64,000 nt of DNA from Eledone cirrhosa (lineage: Eukaryota). How positions within the stretch are numbered: position 1 is the first letter of the stretch; the number at the start of each line of letters is the position of its first letter. Shown here piece by piece: positions 1-12,600 of the stretch. The notes beneath the pieces were generated by a model. It saw only the letters and a list, made by a program, of their open reading frames with translations. It ran no database searches and was not told the origin of the DNA. The translations under genes were made by a program, and so were the position numbers. The DNA is taken from positions 48,484,001 to 48,548,000 of the forward strand of contig OZ024748.1 in NCBI GenBank assembly GCA_964016885.1, written 5' to 3'.

Positions 1-42
<42 letters not shown>

Positions 43-76
43 TGTGTGTATATACACAGACACTCTCCTTCTCTCC

Positions 77-135
<59 letters not shown>

Positions 136-223
136 AACATACACACACATGTATGTGCATGCAACTGCTAACTGAACTAAGAGAGAGTAGGCTAGACTGC
201 TTATTCAATGGCTTGTGTAGACT

Positions 224-760
224 TCACTTACCACCACCTCCACCACCTACATCACCACCACCACCACCACCACCACCCTCATCAATACAACCATCACAAC
301 CACCGTCATCAACACCACAACTATCACAACCACCGACATCAACACCACAACCATCCCCACCACCACCACCACCATCATCAACACCACCAGCATCAACACC
401 ACAACCATCCCCACCACCGACACCAACACCACAACCATCCCCACCACCACCACCACCATCATCAACACCACCAGCATCAACACCACAACCATCCCCACCA
501 CCACCACAACCATCCCCACCACCACCACAACCATCCCCACCACCACCACCATCATCAACACCATAACCATCCCCACCACCACCACCATCCCCCCCACCAC
601 CACCACCATCACCAGCATCAACACCATCACCATCCCCACCACCACATCCCCACCACCACAACCATCCCCACCACCACAACCATCCCCACCACCACATCAT
701 CAACACCACAACCATCCCCACCACCACATCATCAACACCACAACCATCCCCACCACCAGT
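224..760. repeat. (CCA)/(CCACAA)-rich low-complexity tandem repeat
   Basis: Reiterated ccaccaccac/catcaacaccacaaccatccc units. The Pro/His/Gly-rich ORFs on both strands are by-products of the repeat. Confidence 0.9.
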
Positions 761-1373
761 GTTGAGGAGGAGGTGGAAGAGGAAGTAGCCCCATGCTCCA
801 CCTACCAAAAAGTGAGAAAAGGGTTTTTAACATCTTAACATGCAACAGTGTGTGGTGAGAGGTGGTGGCAGTGACGGTGAGGGTGTAAATGGCATTGTAG
901 TGGTTGTGGTGGTGGTGGTGATGTTTTAGCGGGGGGGGGGGGGTTATGTTATAGTGGTGGTGTAGGTAGTTTATATGGTGCTGGTGGTGAGGAGAATATA
1001 CCATGCATAACAAAGAACTACTAAAATGATAGATTTTTGGTGGAAAACCCCTCATCTGGGATGCCACATGCAGTGACACCATCTTGTTTTTGTGAACTGT
1101 CAAAAAAGCAAAATGGTGTAGTACAGAAGAAAGGAGAGACACAAATTAGCAAATTAGTTACTGAGGAGGTCACAGAAAGTGTGATAAAAGAGCTTTGACA
1201 ATAAACAAATAAACAATATAATAAATTAAAGTGAAAACCAACAGGTGCATATGTTTTTATTGGCAGCATGACCCTCCCAAAGTATAACTATATATATATA
1301 GAGAGAGAGAGAGGGAGAGAGAGAGAGAATAAGGAAAATGCAAACTTTGATATAGATGACCTTTATTAACAAA

Positions 1374-1454
1374 GCTGTGATACATATTTCAATGACGATT
1401 GTGGCTCCAAGATTGTTCAATCATGTGACCAGTCACATGATATCATCAGACAGC
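1374..1454 (-). ncRNA. Type I hammerhead ribozyme motif
   Basis: Minus strand reads gcugu-CUGAUGA-[long stem II]-GAAAU-AUGU-AUC-acagc. Stem I gcugu/acagc pairs fully. Confidence 0.7.
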
Positions 1455-1609
1455 ATCTTATGTAATAAGCTTATGTTTCTGTAGCAATCCAATCAAGGGA
1501 ACAGACAGAAATGCTCAGGAACGGATTATGGCTATGAAAACATCATTTTTGTCTGCTCCCTTATCTTTAGATTGGATTCCCTCGGAAATATAACCTTATT
1601 ACATAAGAT

Positions 1610-1688
1610 GCAGTCTGATGATATCGTGACTGGTTATATGATTGAACAATCATGTAACCCCAATCATCGTTGAAATATATATCACAGC
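1610..1688 (+). ncRNA. Type I hammerhead ribozyme motif
   Basis: gcagu-CUGAUGA(1615)...gguuauaugauug-aa-caaucauguaacc...GAAA(1672)U-AUAU-AUC-acagc. Stem III is palindromic and stem I has one mismatch. Confidence 0.7.
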
Positions 1689-2043
1689 TTTGTTAATAAA
1701 GGACTCTTTAACATCTACACCGAACTTTGCATTTTCCTTATTCTACATATACTCCATCATTGACTGATAAATCATATTTGGAAGAAAATAGATGACATTG
1801 CGTGCTTAAATCAAATGACATCATTATTCTCTGATTGGTGAGTTGCATACACAATCCCGATTAGTCAACATGTTTACTGTAAGTATATCATCATCACCGT
1901 TTAACATCCAGTCTTCCACGCTAGCATAGGTTAGATGAGTTGTCCTGTTGTGGGCAATGCTAGGTCAGGTGACCATGTCTTGGTCATACAGAACTGATTT
2001 TGGCTTGGTTTCGACAGCTGGATGCCCTTTCTAATGTGAACCT

Positions 2044-3331
2044 AATTTACAGTGAGTAATGGGTGCTTTTTGTCGTGACACCTACACAATGACTTTACAG
2101 TGTTGACTGGGTGCTTTTTGTCGTGACACCTACACGATGACTTTACAGTGTGGGCTGGGTGCTTTTTGTCGTGACACCTACACGACCACTTTACAGTGTG
2201 GGCTGGGTGCTTTTTGTCATGACACCTACACGACCACTTTACAGTGAAGACTGGGTGTTTTTTACCATGACACCTACACGACCACTTTACAGTGAAGACT
2301 GGGTGCTTTTTGTCGTGACACCTACACGACCACTTTACAGTGTGGGCTGGGTGCTTTTTGTCATGACACCTACACGACCACTTTACAGTGAAGACTGGGT
2401 GTTTTTTACCATGACACCTACACGACCACTTTACAGTGAAGACTGGGTGCTTTTTGTCGTGACACCTACACAATGACTTTACAGTGTTGACTGGGTGCTT
2501 TTTGCCATGGCACCTACACGACCACTTTACAGTGTGGGCTGGGTGCTTTTTGTCGTGACACCTACACAATGACTTTAGTGTTGACTGGGTGCTCTTTGCC
2601 ATGGCACCTACACGACCACTTTACAGTGGGGGCTGGGTGCTTTTTGTCATGACACCTACACCATGACTTTACAGTGAAGACTGGGTGCTTTTTGCCATGA
2701 CACCTACACGACCACTTTACAGTGTGGGCTTGGTGCTTTTTGCCATGACACCTACACGACCACTTTACAGTGAAGACTAGGTGCTTTTTGCCATGACACC
2801 TACACGACCACTTTACAGTGTGGGCTTGGTGCTTTTTGCCATGACACCTACACGACCACTTTACAGTGAAGACTAGGTGCTTTTTGCCATGACACCTACA
2901 CGACCACTTTACAGTGTGGGCTGGGTGCTTTTTGCCATGACACCTACACGACCACTTTACAGTGAAGACTAGGTGCTTTTTGCCATGACACCTACACGAC
3001 CACTTTACAGTGTGGGCTGGGTGCTTTTTGCCATGACACCTACACGACCACTTTACAGTGAAGACTAGGTGCTTTTTGCCATGACACCTACACGACCACT
3101 TTACAGTGTGGGCTGGGTGCTTTTTGCCATGACACCTACACGACCACTTTACAGTGAAGACTAGGTGCTTTTTGCCATGACACCTACACGACCACTTTAC
3201 AGTGAAGACTGGGTGCTTTTTGCCATGACACCTACACGACCACTTTACAGTGAAGACTAGGTGCTTTTTGCCATGACACCTACACGACCACTTTACAGTG
3301 AAGACTGGGTGCTTTTTGTCATGACACCTAC
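2044..3331. repeat. 48-bp minisatellite (~27 units) expanded inside an RTE 3' UTR
   Basis: Unit ctttacagtg-NNNN-ctgggtgctttttgccatgacacctacacgacca, with period 48 (2811 to 2859). Related motifs occur about twice in RTE 3' UTR copies, e.g. 22905-23000. Confidence 0.9.
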
Positions 3332-5028
3332 ATGTGGGAGAGTGGGGTGGGGACATACTGCATATATGTGCTTCAGCTTCAGCCAGTGTCTGCGGGGAGT
3401 CGGGTCTTCTGTATTACTGTGTAATGCCATAGATCTCAGTCCTGTGTCACCACCTTTGAGAGGTGCAATTTGGAGAGGTCAGCTTTTATCACCTCATCCC
3501 AAGTCTCTCTCTTAGTTTATTCTTTGCTGTTCACATATATTACTATTACACATCCATTGGAGCATAGAAACTCAATTCTTTCCAATCTACGCAAGTCTTC
3601 TGCACAGAGTGCCCTAGGTCTCACTACCATGTAACATTGCTGTTCATAATAATATATATATATATAATTATATATATTATTCTACAACCATATTGAATAC
3701 TCTATTTGTGTTGATGTAATTTCAGAGAGATAGGAGTATGAAGTAGGTGAACCAGAGTGTGTGTGTGTGTGTGAATGTACACAAGTTCAGATATGTAACA
3801 TCAAACCAATCCAGTCAAGTGATGTAATAATGGATCTTTTGTAACTGATACCAAAGCAGGGGGGTAAGTTGTTTGTCAAGTTGGGTTTTTCCATATTTGC
3901 CATAAATACACAAGCTTCATAGAATATTATGTAATCGTTATGATTATGAAACAACCTCTACATTTAATGGGAATTGAATAAGCCTGCTAATTTTAACATT
4001 CTCTGAGAACTTGGTAAGGCTGTGAATTGGCAGAATCGTTAGAACATCAGATAGAATGCTTCGCAGTATTCATGCTAGCTCCCTGCTCCCTCAGTTCAAA
4101 CCCTACTGAGGTAAACTTTGCCTTTTACCCATTTTCACAGTTGGAAAAGAAGTACCAGTCTAGTACTGGGTTCAATTTTTCCTCTATATCTCTTTCTCAC
4201 TGCCATTCTCTCTCACTTTCTATTCTTCTCTGGAAGAAATCTGCTGTACTCAGGCGTGGAGAGGAGATGAACTCCGCCAGGTTTAAAAAATGCCCTAAGA
4301 AATGGGGTATGTCAATATGACACCCCTACAACTTCTTCATGAGTTACAAGTCAATATAGATAAGAACTTGGTAATGGCAATTTTCAGATAAACATTTTCC
4401 TAAAACTCTATCATCATCCATTCTCATTTAGCATGTTTTCCCTGCTAGCAAGGGCTAGATGGGTTGTTACTGACTGGGTCAGTACTCAAGTAAAGTTACT
4501 AGCCTCTAACTTACATTCTCACATGGCTCGGACAGGCTGAGGGCCTTTATCTTACACGTGTCACATGATCCTGCACTCAATTGAGTGCATTTTATAGTCA
4601 CAGCAACACTACTGAGATTATCATGTTTTGACACAGCTGAAGAACCCTTCTAGTTTGGCAAGTTTTCCATGGTTTCAAATTTTTGGATAGCAATTTGCTG
4701 GTTTCTCTATGTGTGTGTATATATCATCATCATCATCATCATTTAACGTCCATTTTCCAAGCTTGGATGGGTTAGACAGATTGTCACATTATGATACAAT
4801 TCAGATCAGGTGATCACATCTTGCTCATACAGATCTGTATTTTTGGCTTGGTGTCTGGTTAAATGCCCTTAACACCAACCACATTACAGTATGAACTGGA
4901 TGCTTTTCATCATGGCACCAACACACCATCTAACAGCTTAGATTGGGTGTCACTAGCACAACCACCTTACAGGGTGGACTGGGCGCTTTTTGTCATGCCA
5001 CCAGTATGATATATATATATATATATCA

Positions 5029-5543
5029 TACTGGTGGCTTCAAAAATTTTGTGGAAAAAGTACATAGTTAAAAAATCATATGCAAGGATTTTGATCTCAA
5101 TGCACCTGTACTTTCTCGTACTAACATGTCATAAGTTCTAACATGAACCCTTTAATACATGTTGCAACGCAGCGCCACCAGTTGGAAGTCAGCAACCGCT
5201 CGAGCAACATGGCTTCCATCAAAACATCAAATTCATGAAGCTAGGGTGGAGGAGCAGCCAAATCATTGACGATCTGGAACAAGTTTATGGGGACAATGCC
5301 CCAAAGAAATCAACAACCCACAAATAGATAAGTCGTTTTAGAAGTGGAAGAGATGAGGTTTAAGACGTAAAAAAAAGCTACTTTGACATGGTTTAAATCA
5401 CATGGCCCTCAATTTTACACAGATGAACTTAAAGGCTGGTATCAATGCTTGCAGAAGTGTATTGCCATAGATGGAGAATAAGTTAAAAAATAAACATTTT
5501 TCCAACTGTCCTTTTTCCACAAACCCTTTGAAGCTCCCTCATA
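5029..5543 (+). mobile_element. Internally deleted mariner (Hsmar2/irritans-like)
   Basis: Degenerate TIRs cttcaaaaattttgtggaaaaag / ctttttccacaaaccctttgaag. The N-terminal remnant NIKFM-KLGWRSSQIIDDLEQVYGDNAPKKSTTHK*ISRFRSGRDEV is joined to the C-terminal GWYQCLQKCIAIDGE. The DD34D core is absent. Confidence 0.85.
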
Positions 5544-5581
5544 TGTATATATTTATATATCTCTCTCTATATATATATATG

Positions 5582-6760
5582 TCATCATCATCATTTTACA
5601 TCTGCTTTAGTTTTGGCTAAGTTTACTCTCAGACCTTTTGATTCCAAATTCCGTTTACTTAGTTGGAACTTATTCTCTCGTTTTATAAGGCCCAAATCAT
5701 CTGCATGGACAAGTTCCAATGGACAGCCAGTTTTAAACTCCTCTGTTATGGCATGGAGAACTATGATGAACAGCAGTGGGCTAAGAACCGAACCTTGATA
5801 AACTCCTACCTGTACCTTGAATTCCTCGCTAAATGCATTTCCTACTCTCATTTTATTGACAGCTCCTCTGTACATAGCTTGCACTGCTCTCACAAGCCAT
5901 TCTTTCTCATCTAATTTCCTTAAGGACCACCAGATAATATATTGAGGTACTCTGTCAAAGGCCTTTTCTTGATCAACAAAAGCTAAGTATTGTGGCTGAT
6001 TCTTGGCTAAGAACTTCTCTTGTAGTTGCCTCACTAAGAAGAGTGCATCAGTCGTAATTTTCCCAGGCATGAAACCGAACTGCATCTCATCTAGTTTGAC
6101 TCTTTCCCTAATTAGTTGTGCTATAATTATTTCTGTCTCTTTCATAACTTGGTCCATTAGTTTTATTCCTCTGTAGTGGCTCATTTCTAGAGCATCGCTT
6201 TACCTTTGTAGCAATTTATGATTGTACTGCTGCACCAGTCATTGGGTATGACACCGTCCTCTATTACTTGATTGACAATGCAGGTTACTAGTTTGACTCC
6301 TACTTCTCCTGATGCTTTTAACATCTCAGCAACTATCTCTGATGGTCCCGCTGCTTTACTGCTCTTCATATCCTTGATTACATCTTTGACTCTATAGCTG
6401 TCCACTTCAATAGCTGGTCCTTCAGTTGGGTAAGTTAGGGGTAGTTTTTCTTCCTCCCATTCTCTACATTCACCAATCTCTCATAGCAACATTTCCAGGC
6501 CTCTTTCTTTGGGGGAATCAGTGGTGCTAAGTGTACCAGCGTCATTTCTAACACATTTTTCCCCAATATCTCAATTTACACTAACACACTGCCTTGCAAT
6601 GCAAAACACTTCACGTCTCTGCTCCTCATGTTTCAATGGCAAGCTTTCTTTTATCAGCCTCTATCCGAGCTGTATATACCTATCATCTAGCTTCTCTCTT
6701 AGCAACCTTGTACTGGTTTCTGCAACTTCCATTTCTCCAGTCTTTCCACCATCTGAAGTC
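5582..6760 (-). mobile_element. Degenerate RTE LINE reverse transcriptase fragment
   Basis: Motifs YLAFVDQEKAFDRV, GVYQGSVLSPLLF and HADD with frameshifts. Homologous to 23103-24899 and ends in a (TGA)n tail. Confidence 0.9.
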
Positions 6761-7735
6761 CTTCGGACACTAAAAGCTTTAAACTGGCCATTTTAAAGAA
6801 AATGTTAACTGAAAATTAGAAAAATCTGGGTTATTTTTGAAAAAACTAAAAGTTTAGGTGGCTTTTACTGAATAGCAGTAACTGTTTGAGCACCACATCT
6901 TCTCTAATCATGCAGTATGGTTTACATCCTTGATAAAACACTTGAATTCAGTTACCCCAAGATCTGAATTTCAGTGTATCAAGGGAGTTAAAAGCAGAAA
7001 AAGTGCAAAAATGCATAATTTTTTTAATTATTTGAATCATGATAACTGCTTATCACGAAGTTGAAACCATATAAAGCTACACATATTCTGAAAGTGCACC
7101 TGGAGGTGAGTCTAGAAAAATAGACATAAAGCATTTTAAACTGATGTAAGAATCTATTTGTGTCCCCTGAAAATGACCCAAAATGGAAATTTCCGCTTTA
7201 GAGAATATTTCAGATGCCGCAAAATCTATGTGCGACAATTTGGAAATCTTTTAAACCTAAAAATTCTTGGATATTGACCTCTTGACAAAACACAAATATG
7301 ACTGCGATTAGCAAATGAGGCTTCATACTTCTGTAATATGTTACACATTCAAGGGGGTTGAAAAGCAGAAAAAATTCTTGAATTGCATATTAATGTAGTT
7401 GCATCAATCAAGGTAGTTTTCCCAAAGTCTACTTTCTAATAATGCACTAGAAATGAGTAGAAAATAATTGGATACAATCAAAAACAAATGGCACCAAAAG
7501 CTATTTATAAGCATCATGTCTCATTAAACTTTATACTTCTTTTATTTCATCACGAGAAAAACGATAGGATTGACCTGTGTTTCCAGAAGAAGGTCGATCA
7601 AATTTCTCCATGATGTTCGCAATTGGAATCCAACAGATGTCAGCCTTACTTGGCCAGAAAAATTGGCTTGCAGGGTCAATGGTATGAAGGAATTTAACAT
7701 TAACATCAGAGGTTCACTGAAACATAATTTGCCAT
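6760..7735 (-). mobile_element. Probable DNA-transposon 3' fragment, family unassigned
   Basis: The minus strand near 7560-7710 reads DVNVKFLHTIDPASQFFWPSKADICWIPIANIMEKFDRPSSGNTGQSYRF. This resembles a V.F.HP.GP...F.WP...D.CW.P motif I recall from invertebrate transposon proteins. It is followed by long non-coding subterminal-like DNA. Confidence 0.4.
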
Positions 7736-8010
7736 TCCAAAATAATATTGAAGTTATTTGGACAATTTTTGAAGTCCAAAGACTACCATTAAATTGTTTG
7801 TCTAGCTGCTATAATTATATCTATTTCTTATTTGGTAATATTAGTATATTCTACAGCCATAGAGTGCTTCATTAAGGAGGGTAGGAGAAATAGAAGCATA
7901 GTAGTTGTTGATATCAAACTGTAAGAATTTCCTTTTATTCTTATTCTCTATCAGGAATAATTTTATCCAAGATATTCTTACTCATTCTTCTTATATCTGA
8001 AGTTGAAGGG
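7735..8010 (-). pseudogene. Penelope-like element reverse transcriptase fragment
   Basis: The minus strand, with frameshifts and stops, reads PSTSDIRRMSKNILDKI / IENKNKRKFLQFDINNYYASISPTLLNEAL / EIDIIIAARQT / NNFNIIL. This is RT motif A (FDI..YY.SI) in a PLE-type context. Confidence 0.75.
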
Positions 8011-8095
8011 CATCATCATCATCATCACCGTTTTACGTCCGTTCTTCCACGCTTAACCAATGGGTTATTTGTGAAATCTTTTTTATGGTTTTTAA

Positions 8096-8297
8096 CCCTT
8101 TAGCATTTAAATTGGCTGTATCCGACTAGAATTCTCTCACCTCTTACTATTCAAATTGACTGTAACCGGCCACTCATACTGATGTTAAGATATTGTTCTC
8201 AAAATAAATAATATCAAAATCTCATAGATTCGATATTATGTGCAATAATTATATGAGGTAAAGACTTTACTGGGAAAATATAACAGTATATATAGGG
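8096..8297. mobile_element. piggyBac-type MITE
   Basis: TTAA-CCCTTT...TAGGG-TTAA, homologous to 10548-10738. Confidence 0.75.
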
Positions 8298-8522
8298 TTA
8301 AGGCTAAATCTAGGGTTTTTAGGTCTATAAAGTTCCATATATTTTTCCAAGTTTAGTTGTTTCACAATATTTTCACCCTGCCTATTGATTTCAGTTAAGT
8401 TAGCTTGATCATTTTTTTAATAATTTTAAATTAGTTCTTTGTAGATAAAGGAGTTATATACATTAAAATCCAGAGTATAAATATTTCTAGTTTTGTCAGC
8501 AAGTAAATGTATTTTTTAAATA

Positions 8523-8634
8523 GTTAACCTTCAGCACACTCTAGGTGCCTTATGTCGCCGATAGAATAATCTCCCTTTATAATGCAGTCTCAAGGGAAGC
8601 AATTCATAAAAACATTCAGCGTGCTAAAGATTAA
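8523..8634. mobile_element. Short TTAA-flanked MITE candidate
   Basis: ttaa-ccttcagcac...gtgctaaaga-ttaa, with an imperfect TIR. Confidence 0.4.
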
Positions 8635-8982
8635 TTGCAGTGTTAAGCTGTTTCAAGAAAGAGTTATAATATAACTTGATATTTTTATCATATTAAACCA
8701 ATCATTTTCAAAGTTATCCAGTAAAGCATTATGTGGTGGATTCTGAATTTATACAGAGAAGTACTGTTGTTATTTTCTTTATAATCCTTTTTCTTTTCAT
8801 GAAAGAAGACTAGAGTCATGAAAACATGCAGCCAGTAAATAAATATCTTTTTTATATTATTTACTGATTCTGATGATTTCTGAACAGTGGAATTAACTGG
8901 TACTTCCTTCTGTATTTTAATGAAACATGTAAATCATTTAAATAATGTATTAATGTATTAAACCTTGGTTATTTATTTATTT

Positions 8983-9029
<47 letters not shown>

Positions 9030-9032
<3 letters not shown>

Positions 9033-9405
9033 GTAGTAACACAACAGTTAGTTCACCATACTGAGAACAATTGTTTCACCTTATGCGGATCTTCAGCTCG
9101 GACTGGTCATGGTTATACAGAACGGGAAGAACAACTGTATGAACGTGCCTGCGCAGAAACGGTCACTTCACCCAAGCGATATAAAACCACGGGCGAAAGG
9201 TGTAAGGGAGATAACTGCGAAAGTCCGGAATAAAATGTTTGAGTTGATTAGAAAATTAGAATGCTGTTGTTATTCAATCCGGAGCTTTGAAGTTATGCAA
9301 GAGGTGTTTCCAGACATGTGGACAACGTGAGAAGATTTCATTTCTTGAATTTAAGCAATCGTTATTGTGTAATCTCCTTAGAATATTTACCCTTTCTTCA
9401 AACCA
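9030..9405 (-). mobile_element. PLE 3' end: endonuclease C-terminus plus pLTR
   Basis: The minus strand reads FEERVNILRRLHNNDCLNSRNEIFSRCPHVWKHLL (LN.R.E....C.H motif), followed by an HHR. Flanked on both sides by (TA)n. Confidence 0.8.
9061..9101 (-). ncRNA. Minimal type I hammerhead ribozyme motif
   Basis: gag-CUGAAGA-uCCgcauaaGGu-GAAAC-AAUU-GUU-cuc, with palindromic stem III ACAAUUGU. Confidence 0.8.
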
Positions 9406-9412
9406 ATATATA

Positions 9413-9449
<37 letters not shown>

Positions 9450-9450
9450 C

Positions 9451-9575
9451 TACAGATTAAAAGTTTAAGCAATACATTTCTGCTTTCACCCTTAATGGAA
9501 TCATCTGAAACTAAGTTTCAGATGATCCAGTAAAGGGTGAAAGCAGAAATGTATTGCTTAAACTTTTAATCTGTA
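9451..9575. mobile_element. Near-perfect fold-back pLTR remnant with an HHR (U4A variant) in both arms
   Basis: Arms 9451-9512 and 9514-9575 with a 1-nt loop. The plus arm reads aguuu-CAGAUGA-uCCaguaaagGGu-GAAA-GCA...UGC-UU-aaacu. Confidence 0.8.
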
Positions 9576-9784
9576 CTAATAATAAATATGGGTTTCATTC
9601 ATTTCATTTTACGTCTGCTTTTCCCTGCTTGCAAGGGTGGGATGGGAACTGATTCTGGCTTGATTTCTACAGCTGGATGCCCTTCCTAACACCAACCTCA
9701 TTTACAGTGAGTGCTGGGTGCTTTTTTGCCGTGGCACCTCCACGACCACTTTGCAGTGGAATGATAGGCACCCCTGCCCCTATC

Positions 9785-9927
9785 ATCTCATTTCTACAGC
9801 TGAGTAAACTGGAGCAATGTGAAATAAAGTATCTTGCTCAAGGAAACAACACATCACCTGATCTGAGAATTGAACTCACAACCTTTCGATTGCAAGGCCA
9901 ATGCTCTAACCACTAAGCCATGTGCCT

Positions 9928-9930
<3 letters not shown>
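9785..9930 (-). mobile_element. tRNA-derived SINE, family 2
   Basis: A/B-box head followed by a cttgagcaag...gctccagt..actcagctg body. A second copy lies at ~20502-20630 (+). Confidence 0.7.
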
Positions 9931-9966
<36 letters not shown>

Positions 9967-10048
9967 ACCCTTAATGAGTCCTCTCTGTATTTTGGTCTTT
10001 GTATTTATTATTGCTAGAGAGAGAGAGGGAGACAGACAGAGAGAGGGG

Positions 10049-10094
<46 letters not shown>

Positions 10095-10357
10095 GAGAGA
10101 GTCGTTATTATCATCAATACTTTACATCCACTTTCCCATGCTTGTATGGCTTGGATGAACTCATTTCTAACACAGCTAACCTTTTCTTTACCAAACTGCC
10201 TGAAACTGGCACTGGTTATATTAAACAAACCTTTGAATTTTAAAATATTCCTATTCAAATATCCCAACATAATTTTATAAAAGAACCACATGTTAAGTTA
10301 CTATCTTAGTAACAAAATAATTTTAGTAGATCCCTTTAAAATGTTCATTAATTAACC

Positions 10358-10541
10358 CTGGATTGGCAGTATCGGTAGAGGGTCGGACGCCATGCTTTCC
10401 AGCATAGTTACGTCCCTTTACGATCTGAGTTCAAATCCCGCCGAGGTTGACTTTGCCTTTCATCCTTACGGGGGTCGATAAAATAAAGTACCAGTAATGC
10501 ACTGGGTAATTGCTGGCCTTGTGCCTAAAGTAGAAACAATT
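10358..10541 (+). mobile_element. tRNA-derived SINE, family 1 (young, near full length)
   Basis: A box tggcagtatcggt, B box gagttcaaatcc, central gcctttcatccttacggggtcgataaaataaagtacc, 3' end gtgcctaaagtagaaacaatta. Other copies lie near 4016, 10803, 17820, 18257, 18345, 18540, 19785, 20222, 28150, 28598, 28767, 32008, 44910, 52313, 54870, 55007, 57040 and 57175. Confidence 0.9.
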
Positions 10542-10547
10542 AATTAA

Positions 10548-10738
10548 CCCTTTACCATTTAAACCCACCATATCCGGCCAGAATTCTCTCACCTCTTTCT
10601 GTTCAAACTGGCTGTAACCGGCCACTCATACTTATATTAAGGTATTGTTCTCAAAATAAATATCAAAATCTCGACTCGATATTATGAAAGATAAAGCCTT
10701 TACCATAGAAATACAATAGTAAATACAGAGTTAAAGGG
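10548..10738. mobile_element. piggyBac-type MITE
   Basis: TTAA target duplication (10544-10547 and 10739-10742) with CCCTTTA...TAAAGGG termini and no coding capacity. Confidence 0.8.
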
Positions 10739-12134
10739 TTAATTGAAACTGCATTTTATTGGAATTATGGTCATGAAAGATTTCATAATGATAAAGTTAC
10801 CTGGTGGATTGGCAGTGTCAGTAGAAGGTCGGACGCCATGCTTTGACGCATAGAGTTATGGCCCTTGCCATTCTGTGTTCAAATCCTGCCGAGGTTAACT
10901 TTGCCTTTCATCCTTACGCGGTCGATAAAATAAAGTACCAGTAATGCACTGGGTAATTTGCTGGCCTTGTGTCAAAAGTAGAAACATTTATTATTAAATC
11001 TCCCCAAAATTCTTGTTATTTTCAAATTTGAAACCCATAAACAATGTCTTTCATTAGGAATATGATAAAGAAAGGGTTGAATGAAGTCAGAAACAATATT
11101 TATGTAAAGAAGCATACAACATATGTATTGCTGTCAAAGGGTGAAGCTAAAATATTACAAAACACAAAAGGGGTATGACATCTCCTGATGTGGTGTATAT
11201 TAAAATATATATGGTGTATTGCATACACACGCACACATATGCATTGCATACAAACACAGTGAAACACACATTGTATATGTACACACACAGTGTATATATA
11301 TATATATATATATATATACACCAATACACATATATACATACTCCAACACATATATATACATGTAATATGCATACACACACATATCTATATATATATACAT
11401 ATATACACACGTAATATGCACATACACGTATTGCATATATATGCATACGCTGACACACATATATGTAATATGCACATACACACACACACACATTGCCTAT
11501 ATACATATATATATTTATGTACCCATTGACACATGCATATACATATGTAATATGCACACACACACACACATTTCAGCTTCTTTCTTTCAATGCTAATCAT
11601 TATTCATTTCAGAAATCAATGATGTTATCAGTAAAAATATTCCCACTGAACTGAAAATGAATATAACTTCATTTATTCCTTTGTGACATCAATATCATCT
11701 TTCAAATATTTCCTTTCTAAATATATCATCATTATTGTCATCATCTTCGCTGCCATCAGCGTCGAAGTCAACATCATCACCGTCATCACCATCATTTAAC
11801 ATTCATTTTCCCTGCTAGCAAGGGTTGGACAGGGTTTCACAAACTAAGTCAGTACTTAAGTGGAGCTACAGACCTTCAAATGGGCTGAAGGTCTGTATTT
11901 TACTTTCATACATTGTGCACTCAAGTGCATGTTATCACAACACCAGCAGTAGGGAGGGTTTAATGGTGTTGACACAATTAAAAGGTCCTCCCAACCGCTT
12001 GTTTGGCAGATTTTCTCTGGTTGGAGAATCCACCAACCCCTTCACAGCAATTACTATGTTTATGGTGTAGATCACAAATAGTAGAGAGGTTGACATGTCA
12101 TTGACACAACGGAAGCGTCCTTATATATCCTCGT

Positions 12135-12548
12135 CATCATCATTTCTACATCTACTTTCCATGCTTGCTTGGGTTAGATGGGTCGTTTTCAGCCCCTCTC
12201 CACATGTTGTTACCTTTTGTCATCTCCACTGTGGGTTTCAGCGATCTGAGCTCAGCTCTCACCACTTCTGCCCAGGTCTTCCTTTGTCTACCTCTACTGA
12301 GACTTCCTTCTACTGGGATTTCCTGCCACTTCTTCATCCAGTAATCATCATTTCCATACCAATGCAGTCTTCTCTTTTGCACATTACTTAGGATTCCTCT
12401 TAAACCCAGTTCTCTGCAATTCTCTCGCATTAACATTGCACATCCATCAAACCATGCTTACTTCATTTTTCTCCAGTCTACGCATGATCTCTGCAATCAC
12501 TGCCATTGTTTCACTAACATGCAGCATCACACTTCATACACAAGTACC
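12135..12548 (-). mobile_element. RTE LINE 3' fragment
   Basis: RRLHWYG...RGRQRKTWAEVVRAEL, the RTE C-terminal motif, followed by a (TGA) tail. Confidence 0.8.
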
Positions 12549-12556
12549 TCACCATC

Positions 12557-12600
<44 letters not shown>

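Larger units (their letters stand above)
1326..1745. mobile_element. Fold-back PLE terminal (pLTR) remnant with a hammerhead motif in each arm
   Basis: Imperfect inverted repeat from agaataaggaaaatgcaaa to tttgcattttccttattct. Each arm carries CTGATGA...GAAATAT(A/G)TATC-acagc. Confidence 0.75.

Noticed and set aside
42-808. Extensin-like, His-rich and Gly-rich ORFs
   Set aside because: They are open in several frames on both strands because of the (CCA)n repeat, and there is no unique coding sequence.
2044-3331. CRISPR-like regular array or Cys/His repeat protein
   Set aside because: There are no unique spacers and no cas genes, and the unit derives from a LINE UTR.
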